From assembly GCA_001643675.2 (NCBI GenBank), contig LSRY02000006.1, positions 868,001-932,000 of the forward strand: a stretch of DNA of 64,000 bases, given 5' to 3'. Of the stretch, positions 37,440 through 51,300 are shown piece by piece. The number at the start of each line of letters is the position of its first letter. Position 1 is the stretch's first letter. The notes beneath the pieces were generated by a model. It was not told where the DNA came from. It did no database searches and was given only the letters and a program-made list of their open reading frames with translations. A program made the translations under genes and the position numbers. This stretch comes from Monocercomonoides exilis PA203. Taxonomy: Eukaryota; Protista; Preaxostyla.

Positions 37440-38016
37440 TTCATTAAGGAAATTAAATATATAATCAATGATCATCATTTTATAAAAAAGCAAATGAGAG
37501 TTAAATAAAAAGAAAGGACAAATATAAATATGCCTGAAGCACACGAAGATTTGTTTTGAATTCTTTTTGGTTATTTGAGGACAATTTTTCTTTGAACAAA
37601 TTAATAGTAACTCCTAAAAGTGAAAGTTCATTTTCAAATTTCATACAGCAATTTGAAGGTCAACATTTTCAGTCTCAATAATTATAGAAAATATGAAGAA
37701 AAAGAAAACATGTATTCTTTAACTTCAGACTTCAGGTGTCTCTTTTAAAGAGATTTCACATTTTTTTTCTCGATCGATATCATTCCGTTGCAATTTTTCC
37801 ATTAAAAAATTTTGAAATTATTAATTCGATTGCAAAAATTCTCATTTTGAATTATTTTTGGTGTATATTTTCAGATGCAAACTTTTTGGTTTAAAAAAAA
37901 CATGCTTTAAACTTCGAAAATGCAGTTACACATTTAGAAAGAAAAAAATTTAATAACAATTCTAATTTGAAACAAAATCACGTTTAAAGTTAAAAAAAAA
38001 AACAATGTAATCACAT

Positions 38017-41000
38017 TCAGATTTTAAGAGGAATCTGCCTTGCAACATCAGACTCGGTCACTTCTGCTTCATCTCTGCAACAAGATTCATTTCTCAGTTC
38101 ATTTGTGTTATCCTCAATTTTATCTGAAACCAACTGCTGCTTATCTTTTAATTCTTCCTTCACCACACCTTCAGAATCCGACTCTTTGTGCACATTCCAA
38201 TTCATTTCGTTCTCTGCGTTGCCTTCATCACTTCCAATGGAACATTCAGAATCCCTTTCACACAGAATCACAGAACTAACATCTTTCTCTTCACTTTTGC
38301 AGTTGTCTGTTTTTATATTCTCCTTTCGTCTTCCTCCTCTGATCGGCCTCACCACTTTCCCTGTTCCAACAACGCTGCTTGTCCACCCTCCACCAACACT
38401 CACAAGAGAAGGGACGCGCGAATGAGAAGAAGAAGAAGAGGAAGAAGAAGAAGAAGATGATGATGAAGCACATGGCGTAAACATCCTATCAACTGCTTTC
38501 TTCTCAAATCCACACGTTGCAATTTTCCCATATGTGGAAAAAGATGAATCAGAAGCAGCACGAAAAGCTGGCGAATTCACCAAATTATTACCTGAAGAAG
38601 AAGAAGAAGAAGAAGCAGAAGCAGAAGCAGAATTCGAAGCAAAATCTCCTTTCAAACTTCCCTTCGCTCCTGTCATCTGCATCATCGTCTTCAGCGCATT
38701 CATTTCTTGCATCATTCTACACCGCTCCATCCGGTGGCTCTGCAACACATCGTTCTTCATCTTCACCAGCTCCCTTTGCTCATTTTCCAGCACACGAATT
38801 CGATCTTTCGCCCTCAAATTCTTTTTTTCCTCGTCTTCTTTCTCCTTCACGAGCACTTTGTTCGCAGAAAGCAGAGAAAGATGAGTTGTTGTAAGCTGCT
38901 GCAGCGCCTCTTCCAGCTGCTGGACGCGTCTTTTCAGTGCCTGCGTCATTGCGTGTGAGTGCAAAGACGAAGGAACAGAAGATGAAGATGAAGACGAAGA
39001 CGAAGAGGAGGAGGAAGATGAGTGGTTTTCTCCATTAATATCACTGTTACTGTCTCTATCGCTTTCATTTTGTCTGTCATTTGAATAAAAATCAGTTGTT
39101 TCCTGTGTTTTCTCTTCACTTTCATCGATGATTCTCTTCCACTCACGCAGATTGGCAAGCTCCAGCTCCATTTCAGCCATCTTCTTCTTCGCGTCTTCTG
39201 CTTCTTTTCTCAGCTGCTCCTCCCTTTCAGCCCATTCCCTTTCTCCTTCCTCTTCCTTCTCCTCTTCTTTCCTCTCCATCTCCTTCACTCGCATCAGCGC
39301 CTTCTTCAGCTCTGCTTCTGCTTCCTTCGACCGCTTCCGCTCTGCCCCAACACGCAAACACCATTCTTGTTCTCTTTTGATCATCATCTCAATCCGATCT
39401 TTTGCCTTTTTATGAATTGCCTTCGTTTCCTCTTCTGCTTTCTCTTTCTCTTCTGCAATCTGCTTCAAAGACACATTCAGCAGCTTAACCTCGCCACTCA
39501 TCCTTTTCTTCTCTTCTTCTCTTTCTTCGTCCCTCCTCAACATCAGCTCCTTCTCCCGCTCCATCTCCTCTTTCTCCATTTCCAGTTTCTCCCTCTTCCT
39601 CTCCTCGTCAAACAATTGTGCCACTAGCCCTGTCTTCTCTGCCATCAAGCGCGAATGCTCCTTTGCTGTCTGCCTCAGCTTCGCCTTCACAACATTCAGC
39701 TCACACTCCATTTTGATTTCTTTCTCCCTCCTCATCTGCTCTTCTTGCGACTTCGCTTCTTCTCCTTCCTGCTGAAATTGCCGAAACTGCTTCAATTGCT
39801 CTTCTTCTTTGGCTTTTGCTTCTTTCATCACCTCGTTCATCTTCGCTTCTGACTCACGTGTGGCTGACTCCAGCGCCTCTTCTATCTTCATTCGCCATTT
39901 CTTCTCATTCTCTTCTCTTTCTTCTCTGTCTGTTTTTTCTTTCTCCTTTGCAATTTTGTCTTGTTCTTCTTTCTCTTTTTTTCGCTCTTCTTTCATTTGA
40001 ACGATATATTTCTCTGAATTTTGGTATTTTGTGCTTATTTCCTCAATAAGCATATGCAATCTTTCAGCTTCTTCTGCTTTCTTTTGCTCTTCTTTCTTCC
40101 GGTTCTTTTCATTGGAAAGAGAAGAAGAAGAAGAAGAGGAGGAGGAGGAGGAAGAAGAAGAAGATGATGATGATGAAAGAGAAGGAAACAAAGCAGAAAA
40201 CAAAGAAGCAGTTGCATTTCGTGTCAGATCGAATGAAGAAGTCAAGTTAAATGTGTTGTCTTCTTCTGATTCATCTCCTTCTTCTCTGTTTTTCAATGAA
40301 GAAGAAGAAGAAGAAGAAGCAGATTCAGAAAATTCATTCTCTTTTTCTTCTTCTTCTTCCTCCTCCTCTTCAAATACAGACAGCCACATAGCAATTGCCC
40401 TTATCAGTTCGTCAGATGCTTCACTAAGAACGATTTTTGTGTGTTTGGACAGAAAAGCAGAGGATGAGGAAGAAGAAGAAGAAGAAGAAGAATTCAAATT
40501 CGAATGCGAATGCGAATGGAAAGATGAAAAACATTCATCGCAAAATGGAACTTTGCAGATATTGCAGAAGACGGTTGCAGGAACAGAAGAAGAAGATGTT
40601 GAAGAAGAAGAAGAAGTTGATGATGATGATGATAAAAGACTGTTGAGATAATGATTGGCACATAGAAAAGAAAAATGACGGGAAGAAGAAGGAGAAGAAG
40701 GAGAAGAGGAGGAAGTTGATGATGACATCGATGAATTCGATTCAAGTGAATCTGAAAGAGAAGGAGAAGAAGACGCAGAAGAAGAAGACGATGATGATGA
40801 ATAAACAACAAGCGAAGCAAGAGAGAAATTCGAAACAGAAGAAGAAGAAGTATGAGAGGGAGAAGAAGAAGAAGAAAAAGAAGAAGAAGAAGAAGAAGAA
40901 GAAGAAGAAAGAGAAGAAAGATGAAGATGACGTGAGTTGTTAGCCATCCAAATGAAAGGCGAGCCAAACAACCTGATCATCTCTTTCATTGTGTTCTCCT

Positions 41001-43683
41001 TCATTCGCATTAAATTCTGCCTGTTTCGCTTTCTTTCTTCATTATTTCTCTCTTTTTCTTCTTCTTCTCCTTCCTCCATCTTTTCTTCTTCTTTCTCTCT
41101 TTCTTCTTCTTCTTCTTCTGCGATCTCACACATTCTCCCCACGATTCTCCTGATATTAGCCAGCCCTCTGTCAAACATCGGATTCATCATCACTTCTGAC
41201 TCATCCGTTTGCGTCTCTGCTTCTTCTTTCTCTTTCTCCTTCTCCTTCTCTTTTTCCTTTTCCCCGCTTTTCACCACAATTTCTTGCAATTCCTTCAATT
41301 TCTTCATCATCTCACTCACTTCCTCTTCTTTCTCTCTCAGCTGATACTCCAACCTCTCTCTTTCTCTTTCCTCGTCCCTCAGCTCATTCATTTTCTCTTC
41401 TTTCTCCCTCTCCACCTGCTCTAACATCATCTGCATTTCTTTCATTTTAACCTCTTTTTCTTCGAAATTTTCCTTCAAAATTGTGTTTTGCTCCTCTGCA
41501 TTTTGACAGCTGATTCGCAAATTCTCCATTTCAGATGTCAAATCAGTGAAATGGATGCGCTCTTCTTCAAGCTGCCGGCAGTGCTGGCGGAGCTGCTCAA
41601 GGCTTTTGAGAAGAGAAGAAGAAGAAGAGGAGGAGGAGGAGGAAGAGGAAGAATTATCAGAACAAAGAATTTCTGATGTGATAGAAGGAAGATTATTTCC
41701 ATTGGATTCAGAATTAGCAGATGTCAATGTGGTATCAGAAGAGCATAGAGTTGTTGGGGCATTCATAGAAACATCAGAAGAAGATATGGAAGAAGAAGAA
41801 GAAGAAGATGATGATGATGAAGATGTTGTTGAAGAAGACAAGTTTAATCTCCCTTCCCCTCTTCCTTCTTTGAACTCCAAAATCTTCATCTGTATTTCCC
41901 TTATTCTTTCCGCATCTCCTTCGTTTCCTCCTTCCCCGTTCGCCTTCATCATCAGATCCACTTCCTCTTCCAGCAGCACAATCTGCTCGTTCAACAGCCG
42001 TATCTCCATCTCTGCTTTCGTCAGCAGCTTCTTCAGCTCGCTCGCACTCCTCTCCTGATTGACTCTCACGTTGTTTTTCACATTCTTCGCCCTTTTTCCG
42101 AACTGCAGTGTCGAATGCGTTTCAAAGGCATTGGTGGATGAGGAAGAAGAGCAGATGATGAGAACAGTGCGGCTGTTGCCTCCAAAGGTCTCTTGGAGAA
42201 TTCGAGTGAGCTTCGAGTCGCGGTAGGGGATGTGGGTGCTTTTGCCATCCGTCAGCGCATTGATCACGTTGCCAAGGGCTTTGGGAAATGAAGGAAGGGA
42301 AGGGAAGGGGAGAGGAAGGGAGGAAGGGAGGGAAAAGAGGAAAGAGAGAGGAAGAGAGAGGAAGAGAGAGGAAGAGAGAGGAAGAGAAGGAGAGGAAGAG
42401 AAGAGAGGGAAGAGAAGGAGGGAGGAGGATGGAATAAGAGAAGTGAAGGAAAGTCAATAAAATAAAATAAAAATGTGAAAAAAAAAAAAAGAATTTTTTG
42501 AGGAAAAAGGAACAGAAAACAAACATAAAGGAAGCAAATATTCAAAAGAATATATTGGAAAAAATATAAAATTGTTCAATAAACAAAATGAAAAATACAG
42601 CCCATATCTCTTCACAGAAGTGTATATATTTCACACCTGAAAGCGACAAATTGATCTTTTTGGCTTCTTCCAGCTGCTGCCCTTGTGCTCCCGTATGAGC
42701 TATCTTTTCCGACCCAGCCAGATCCACCAGATACAGCCGGCCGTGTTTCGTGCTTCCTGTTTGGGAATCTCTCTGCGCAATCGTAACCATAAACACGGTG
42801 TGAGAGCGTGAAGATCTTTCGTTCATTCCGGTTGAGCTCACTTGCCTGTTCAAATCACCAAGTTTAAGCATTTTGAGGAAGTCTGCACCTTCACAGCAGC
42901 ACTGCTCAGTCACGTCTCCAACGTAAATCCCCTTTTCTTTGCTTTCCCGGATTTCCAGATTGGTTTTTCGAGCTGATTCATTCATTTTAGTCATTGTTTT
43001 AATTTGTTGTTAAAAGTTTTCAAAGAAGTTCAATTCAAATAAAAAAATATAAAAACAAAATGCTTGCAAACGATCGAGGAGATCTCGTATCTTTTCCTGA
43101 TAAATTTCAATATAACTTGCTTTTACAGTAAACTCCAGATCAGAGCTTGAAGATTCAATTGCTGAAAATAGGTGTGTAACCATTCTTGGAACAATTCCAC
43201 ATGTTTCTTCAGTATAGTCGTCAGGTCCCTGAAATAACATGAGATGAATTTTAAAAAATCGACAAATCGTTAAAAATAGTTATTGCTCGTTATTTTTTCA
43301 AAAAATTATGACAAGCCATCATTGTATATGTCTTTCCTGAAGATGTCTGTCCATATGCCATGATTGTTCCATTCACTCCATTGAGAACTCCTTCAATTAT
43401 TGGTTTTGCTCCGATATCATAAACTTCAGCTTGAGTTGCACCAAAAGGAAACACATGATCAAACACAAAATCTTTTGGTCCATCATTCGTCTTTCAGATT
43501 ACAAATTGCAAACAATTTAAAAGTATTTTTAAAATATCTTCAAAAATTAAAAAATATGCATACATGAAGAACCAGTGATTTTTTATCATCTTTCAATTCA
43601 ACGCAAACATGTCCTTGCTTTGATAATTCAAGTTTATTTAATGGACGAAACTTTGCAAGAACGGCAACATTTCCAGAGGACAT
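38017..43683 (-). CDS. Kinesin-1 (conventional kinesin heavy chain)-like motor with a long stalk
   Basis: Five exons. Motifs: [27 protein letters not shown] (P-loop), [44 protein letters not shown]. Coiled-coil stalk; the tail motif KVVRPIRGG resembles the kinesin-1 IAK motif. Confidence 0.92.
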
Positions 43684-44601
43684 TCCAACGGAAACACTTA
43701 CGCTCTAATAAAAAAATGACGGTTCGCACGGATAGTTGCGAGATGCTTCATTAGTATCCATGAAAGCAGGAAACTAGTAATAGATATGATCAAATTGACC
43801 GTTATATAATAAATTAAAAATCAAAATTTTTATCATCATTCGACACATGTGATTATTTCACTTTTGATTAATTGCAATAGTATAAAAAAGCAAATTTTAA
43901 AATAAAAACTATTTTATTTATCGTTAAAATTTCTCACACTTTAATTTGTCTTTTTTTTCTCATCGTCACATTCTAATTCATAAACACCCCAATATAAGAT
44001 TTAATTTTCATTTGGTATCTTTATCACAGAAAAATAATGTTTTCACACATTATGATTCGAAATATGATATTTCAAAAAATTAATCAGCTTGAATTAGTTG
44101 AAACCAACAATGTTCAATCATTTAGTCTTTTCACCTCACAAAATCTATATATCAGAGAAAAAATGAGCTATTACTGGTAACAAAAATAAAAGGACATAAC
44201 TGTTATCGAAATCATCAACTAAAAACTACCTTTTTGCGTTCAATCAAGTTTCTCCGAGTATTTTTTAAAACTTGAAGAAAAAACAAAAAATGAATTGAAA
44301 TAATAAAATGATAAATCCACAATGTATTTCAAAAATAACCATTTGAATGTTTTTTTCTTTGAACTATGTTCAATTTCACCTTGTTTAACAAAAGGGATTT
44401 TCGAATCTTTTCAAAATTAGTTGCATTTTTTCATTTAAAAGTCAAAATAAATTAACATTAACAATAAAACATTTTCCATTCAACATAGAAGCATATTATT
44501 ATTTTTATAATCAATATAATTAGCTTTTCTCATGTTGAATATACAAATTATATTTTATGTGCATTTATCATATATATTGTGGGTGTATTAACATTGTTTT
44601 G

Positions 44602-46579
44602 ATGTCATCAGAGAAAGTAGAACCAGGATCTAGATTAGCCCAATTGCAGGATAAATTTGTTTCATTTAGAAGCTCAGTTACTCTCGTTGTTGTTTGTTTT
44701 TGGAATTGTTTTATTGCATTTATGCATTATTTATTTATTTACGTGCTTTCTTTAACGTCCAACATCAGGCGAATGTCGGCCCTGAGCACAATCAACCATG
44801 GCAATATTACGAGCAAGGAGACCATTCAAAAACTCCATTAATTTTGGTTCCTGCATGTGGATGCCCCGCTTCATCATTTTTTCGCCTTTTTGATTATCTT
44901 GTTCCGAAAGGCGTTAGAGTTATTGCTGTTTGGACTTATTCGAAGACCTTTTATATAGACTTTTGTTTTTTACTTTTTTTAATGATGTTTCTCAAAAATG
45001 CAGATTCAATCAGCTCCAGTTGCAACTCATGAGGAATGGGTTGAAGGATTAAATAGCTTTTTACTTTATAAAAACATTCAAAAAGTATGCACGAATTATT
45101 CATTAAATGTTGAAATAATTCTTTATATCGTTAACAATTGTTCAGTGTCATCTTCTTGGAGTTGGACTGGGTGGATTTCTGTGCATTTTATTCTCGACAG
45201 TCTATCGTCCAAAAGTGATGTCAATGTTTCTTATCAACTCTTACTGCTCAACATTGCCGTTTGAGTCTAATATGATCAAATTTAAAGTTTCTCCGGCAAT
45301 TGTGTTGAGAAAATACATTTCATACAGATGGGAGGAAAGGCCAAAGATAAAAAGCGATAAAGAAAAAGAAAAAGAGAGAGAGAAAGAACGTCAAAAAGGG
45401 AAAAAGCAAGAAGACAAACTTGCTCCAGTTGACGAGGCAAAAGAGAAGGAGAAAGAGAGAGAAAGAGAGAAGGAATGGCAAAAGCAAGACGAAAGAGACC
45501 GAGCGCTTTGGAACAAAAAAGACAAAAACTGTGTGGGTGTGGATTTTGTGAAGGAGGAAATGAAGCGAATGGACAGAGCAGAGCTGTACTCGCAAATCTG
45601 CCTGCTTTGCACGCCTCGTACGATTGATCCAACACTGCTGCCGAAGTCCAGAAAGGCAACAACATACACACACAACGAAGATGAAGACGAGGATGAAGAT
45701 ATTGACTATGAAGCAGAAGAGGAAGAAAGACGGAGGAAAAGAGAACAAGAGGAAGCAGAAGCTGCTTCATCGTCTGCGCCTGCTGATGACAACGACGAAG
45801 GAAGCGATAAGACTCCATCGCCTTCCTCTTCACCTTCATCTTCTTCTTCGAAAGGCAAAGGCAAAGCCAGCTCTCCCAAGAAGCTGAAGCAACGATCGAA
45901 CGAAGGGCCGACCTCGTCTGTGCTGTGGATGCGGGGGGCGCCTATCCAAGGGAGCTATGTCACACTTCTGTTTTCCCGCGATTTCTGCTCCGTTCCTCCT
46001 GCGCTGCTGCAGACGCTTCCGAACTATCTTGACGGCCCGCGTGTAGTGGAGCTGCGGATGGGGGGAGATTTCCCGTTTATTGTGAATGACGAGGAGACAG
46101 GGCTGCATGTGCTGGTGCATTTGAGGAGATACGACCCAGAGCTGTCGGGTGCGACGATGGCGGCGGCTGCAGCTGCGTCTGGTGAGAGTGAGGAAGGAAG
46201 AGATAAGAGAGAGATGGAGAGAAAAGCGTGGGAGGAGCAGAAGAAGAGAGAGAAGGAGAAGAAGGAGAAGGAAGAAGAGAAGAGTGAAAAGGAAAGCGAT
46301 TCTGAGGATGAGGAGAAAGAGAAGAAGCTGAGAAAACCTGTAAAGTTGGGATCAAGGCAAGATTCAGACGATGAAGAAGATTCAGATGAAGAAGAGAAAC
46401 CAGCAAAAAAAGCGAGCAAGAAAAGCAGCAAAAAGGATGATGATGAAGATGAAAGTGACGAAGATAAGGAAGAAGACAGCGAGGAAGAGAGAGAAAGGAA
46501 AAAGAAGCAGCAGCAGAAACAAGCTAAAGCGAAGGCTGTGAAGAAGGAAGAAGAGTTTTTCCAGGATGATATGTTTTAA
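44602..46579 (+). CDS. SPG21: Maspardin (SPG21)-like alpha/beta-hydrolase-fold protein with charged insertions and tail
   Basis: Spliced peptide WQYYEQG..PLILVP..FFR..GVRVIA-IQSAPVATHEEWVEGLNSFL..CHLLGVGLGGFL..LINSYCST..LRMGGDFPFI..LHVLVHLRR parallels recalled maspardin motifs. Confidence 0.75.
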
Positions 46580-48387
46580 ATAGTGCAAAAATTGAAGAGG
46601 AGGCAAGCTTATTCCGAGAGAGAGAAGAGAAGAAAGGAGAGGAAAGAAAGGTGAAATAAAACAATGGCAACTAAATTATAAGAAAATAAATAAAAATGCG
46701 TTATTTTTCTAAAAATTTAGGATGAATAAAAGATGTTGAATGTTAATAATTAATTTGAAGTAATTTGAAAAAAATATATTAAATTAAATTAAAATAGACG
46801 ACTTTAAATGAAAGCTCTTAATGAATCTTTGTGAATGGAGAACGCTTTCTTCAGTTAGTAATGTTATTTGTCTATAAATCCGGAGAGCATGAGCAATTTT
46901 TTTTTCTAATTCTTTTTTTCTGTTTCTTTTTTTTGTATGTTAATACTGTCTGTAATCTTTAAAGCAGATAAATGCAGCTTTCTTTCTGAATCTCCACACA
47001 CACTTTGCTTTCTTTATTTCTCTTTCTCTTTCTCTTTCTCTTTCTCTTTCTCTTTCTCTTTCTCTTTCTCTTTCTATGTGATTTCTTTCTTTCTTTTTAT
47101 TTTTATCTTTTCTTTTCTTTTTCTTTTTCTTTTTTTTCTTCCTCTTTCCTTTTTATTAGTACTTTTCTTTTTCTGTAGAGTGTTTGATTTTGAGAATTGC
47201 CTGTAGCGATTTCCATTTGGACGATAATTTGCAATTTTTATTTTCATTTTTTTTTTTTTTTGAATAAATAAATAAACAAACGTATTTTCTTCGAGCGCAC
47301 CTTAACTTGTCTTAATTTTTGTGTTTTCCTTTCTTTTTTCTTTTCTTTTCTGTTTTTAAAGTTCTTTTTCTTTCTTTTCTTTTTTTAGATACATCTTTTT
47401 ATCACTCTCCTTTTGCCTCTCGTTCTTTCTCATTCCCCCCCCCCCCCCCCCCCACCCACCCCTTCTCTGAGGTTAGTATTTTATTTGCACAAAGCATCTC
47501 TCCCTCTCTTCTCCTCTTTTTTTTTTTATTATCTATTAGAGTAAATATATGGTTTTGTTTTAAACACATCGTTGTTTCTAGCCATTCTTTATATTTCAAA
47601 CCACACTTTCTTGTTTTATCACTTTATTTTTATTTTATTTTATTTTTTTCTTTTTATTTTTAGCTGACCTTAAACTAACTCCCTATCTTCTAATATCTTA
47701 TTGAGCTCAATCTAATCCTGTTTATATTGTTTTCTTTCTTTTTTTTTCTTTTCATTCTTTTCATTCTTTGTTTATTTATTCATTTATTGGTATTGGTTTT
47801 CTTTTGCAAGAGGTAACACTTCTGTGAAGTAATTTCATTGCATTTTAGTTGGTGGCAACATTTGTTTTTGCTTCAAACAATTTTGCTTCTTTTCACTTAT
47901 ACTGTCATATAATACTTTTATTTATTAGTCGTATTTCTTTCATTAATATTTTTATCTACGCAATTATCCCGAATTTTTTTTTTTTTAATTTTTGACAACA
48001 ATTGAATACATTTAATTCTGTTTTTGGTGCGCATTACATGATATGAATATTTATAAATGTTTTGAGAATCAAAAGCGTTTTGTTGGTGCTTGAGAATTTT
48101 TTGAAAAATTCCCATGTACTTGTCAAATATGAATATTAAAGAGAGAATTTCCTGGTATAGCATTGTAATGGCAACTTTAATCAGTTTTGATAAATTAAGC
48201 TTTGATCGGAAAATATTCAAAACATCTCTATACAGAAATATAACATCAAAATGAAATAGTTTATCAATTTGTATTTTAAATTTTCTTTTCGTAGGGGATA
48301 TTGATGTATTATTTAATGTAACAGTTTAACAACCCATATTACCAATCTTCGAAAGCAAAAAATTTTGTCTTTTTGTTAAGACGTGAT

Positions 48388-51300
48388 ATGGAAGTTCAGA
48401 GCGAATATGTTACTCGTTCAGAAATTAGTGAAGAGATGATTGAAATTACCCAGAAGGGGCTTTCGGAATATCAGGGACAGCTTGACCAATTTTTCAAACA
48501 AATGACAGTTCAACTTGAGGCGACATCGCCAAACTTAGAAATGGTTTTCACTACATTTTGTTGCTGTTTATTCTTTCATTATTTCATTCTTTCATTTGCA
48601 ATTTTTGGTTTTCTGTTTGTTTTTCACTTTTTTTTATGTTACAGTTTCGAGAAACTAAAGATGAATGCAGTTCTGTGCTTACAAGTTTTGCGGAATACAT
48701 TATAGGCTTTTTTATTTCAAAATTTGGAGATAAAATTATTGATGAGGTTGTTGCTTCTTTGTTCTTAATTGTTTGAAACGATTTTCTATTGTAAAGGGTG
48801 ACGATGGAGAAGATGATTTGATGCAAACAAAGCTAAAATTGGAAGAATCAAATGAAACAAAAAGAAAGACAAGTCGTCAGATGGATATCTTGAAAGGTCA
48901 GCTTGAACGAAGAGAAAAAATGCTGGAGGAACAGAGAGCTCTGTTTTATAAACAACTTTTAAGACTCAAAGAGCAGGTTTCGTGGAGTTGGTTTCATTAT
49001 TTTTATAATAACTATTATTTTTTAATTTATTTAAAAATAATTTACCACTCCTGTTTTTTAGCTTTATCAAAAGGGAAGAATTGGAGCTGCATATAAAGCA
49101 GATAAAACAGACATGTTTTCGCCTGATGCATGGGTCGACTCGATTAGTGAAGGAGAACAACGGAATGTAGATGAAGAAGAAGAAAAGAAGAAAACTCAAG
49201 CAATTATGGACAAACTCAGCGTGAAGTTTGCTGAAGACAGAAAAAAGCTGGAAAATCAAATGAAGGTTTGAACTTTTGTCGAAAATGTTTAAATAGTTCA
49301 TTTTTTATGACACTTTTTTTTTCATTTTTTAAATACAGCTTTTAGAGAGAGACCGAACAGCGAAAATCGCAGAAGTTGAAGCGCAATGTGCGTCTAAAGT
49401 ATCATCTCTGGAAGCTCAGATCAAGAAAATGACAGACGACAAGCAGCAGGAGCTTGAGTCGCTGACTGCACTTCACAGGGAAGAAATCGAGAAGATTCAA
49501 AAGGATCGAGAAAGCCAGCTTCAGCTGCTGCGTTCGCAGAGAGAGGAGGAAAAGGCGAAGGCTGCAGAAGAATGGGAAGAGCGGCTGAAGAACGAGACAA
49601 CCGCGCTGCGTTCAGACATCGCAGAGAACATGGCGAAGATTAGAGAGCTGGAAAAGGAATGCGCTGAGATCCGGCTGAAGATGAAGCTGATGGAAGACGA
49701 AAAAGAAGAGCTCACAAGTGACCTCAAGCACACAAGGGAAGATCTGAAGACGACTTCGAATGAACGAGATGCATTGCGCGAGGAGCTCAACCAGATCAAA
49801 GCATCATCGTCGCTGAAGGCGAATGAGCTGTCCACGATCGAGCAGCGGATGAGCGAGATGGAGGCGAAGCTGAGCCAAGCAGAGACTGAACTGCAGGAGG
49901 CGAGGAAGAACGTGACATCAGACAAGAAAAAGGAGGCGGAGCTGAAGCAGCTGAAGGAGAGGCTGAAGAAAGTGGAGGAGGAAAACAAAGCGAAGGAGGA
50001 GTCGCTGAAGGAGAAAGAAGACGAGATTAAGAAGCTGAGTGAAACGTCTTCATCGTCTTCTGTGCAGCTGATGAAGCGGATTCGCGAGCTGGAGTCGAAA
50101 GAGGCGCGCTTCGATCAGATTGAGAAGGAGCATGCGCAGCTGAAGGCGATGCAGCTGGCAGGCACACTCGGGCTGAGCAATGGAGGAGACAGAAGAACAT
50201 CACTGACGCAGAAGCGGAGGGGAGGCAATGGAGAAGATGACAGTGACTTGAGTGACATTGATGATGAGTACTCATCAGAAGTGCGGACAAGAGGAGCGAC
50301 GCTGCAGATGGGGCTGTCAGAGATTGCAGCTGGTGCAGAGAAGGAAAAGCAGCTGAAGATACAGCGTGCGACAAACAACTGGCACTTGTTGTATTCGAAA
50401 GTACGTCACAAGCAGATGCTGGATGACTTGCCAGAGCTGAAGATGCAGGCGGAGGAAGAAGGATACGACGGCTGGCTGCCAGATGGTGAGGAGTTTGGGG
50501 CAGGACAAGCAGGAATGTCGCAGACACTGAACCAGAACAGCAAGCGGAAGAAGAAGCGGCTATCGCGCTTTCTGTCTCAGATGGAGGCGCGTCAGGCAAA
50601 AGCGGAGGAGCAGCTGCGGATGATGAAGGAGCTGATTGAGGCAGAAAGGAAGAAGAATCTCGAGCGCGTTTTGGCTGCTGCTTGTCTGCTTGTTGCGCCA
50701 AAGCCAGAGGCTTCTGCTTCTTCATCATCAATCTCCTCATCTTCATCTTCCTCTGCAAGCTATGCTGATCTTGGCAGCACAACCACACGGCAAGCCATTT
50801 TTGGTGGGCCGTCCTCTTCTTTCAATCCATTTGCATCGTCTCCACAGTTCGGCTCAAGCTCGACAGCTTCTGGCTACTCAGCCTCTGGCTCCATGGGCAC
50901 ATTCAGCGCGTCGCCTTCGATTGTGTCGCTGGGGACAGTGCAGCAGATGCCGATCCTGTCGACACACCGCTCTTCCTCTCCGTCGCAGTACGAGCTGCCG
51001 TCCACTGCGAGAGAGACAGAGAGAGAAAGGGCGATCGACCGAGAGCGCGGCAGGCTGATGCGCGAAAGAGAGAAAGAGAGGTCGTTCACGCTGCCTTCGT
51101 TGACGGCGACCGAAACGCTGTCTCAGACCAACCGGTCAGGGTACCCTTACTCGTCACTCACCGATCGGTCGAGCAGCAAGGCGTCTTCAAACTCACAGTC
51201 TCCTCCAACCTTGTTCACCCGCACACATCATTCTCTCTCTGATTTTTCCTCTCCTTCTTTCGCTACCCAGCGCACTCAAACAAGCAGCCAGAATTCTCCG

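Noticed and set aside
38040-42058. Many antisense and alternative-frame ORFs over the kinesin and other Glu/Ser-rich genes
   Set aside because: They are shadow ORFs caused by low-complexity codon usage.
42285-42440. Purine-only GA-rich tract with ORFs on both strands
   Set aside because: It lies within the last kinesin intron, where it is the polypyrimidine side on the coding strand; simple low complexity.
46600-48370. Long intergenic region with (TTCTCT)n, a C-run and short mixed-sequence islands as possible ncRNA
   Set aside because: No recognisable tRNA, snRNA or snoRNA motifs or convincing stems could be identified by eye.
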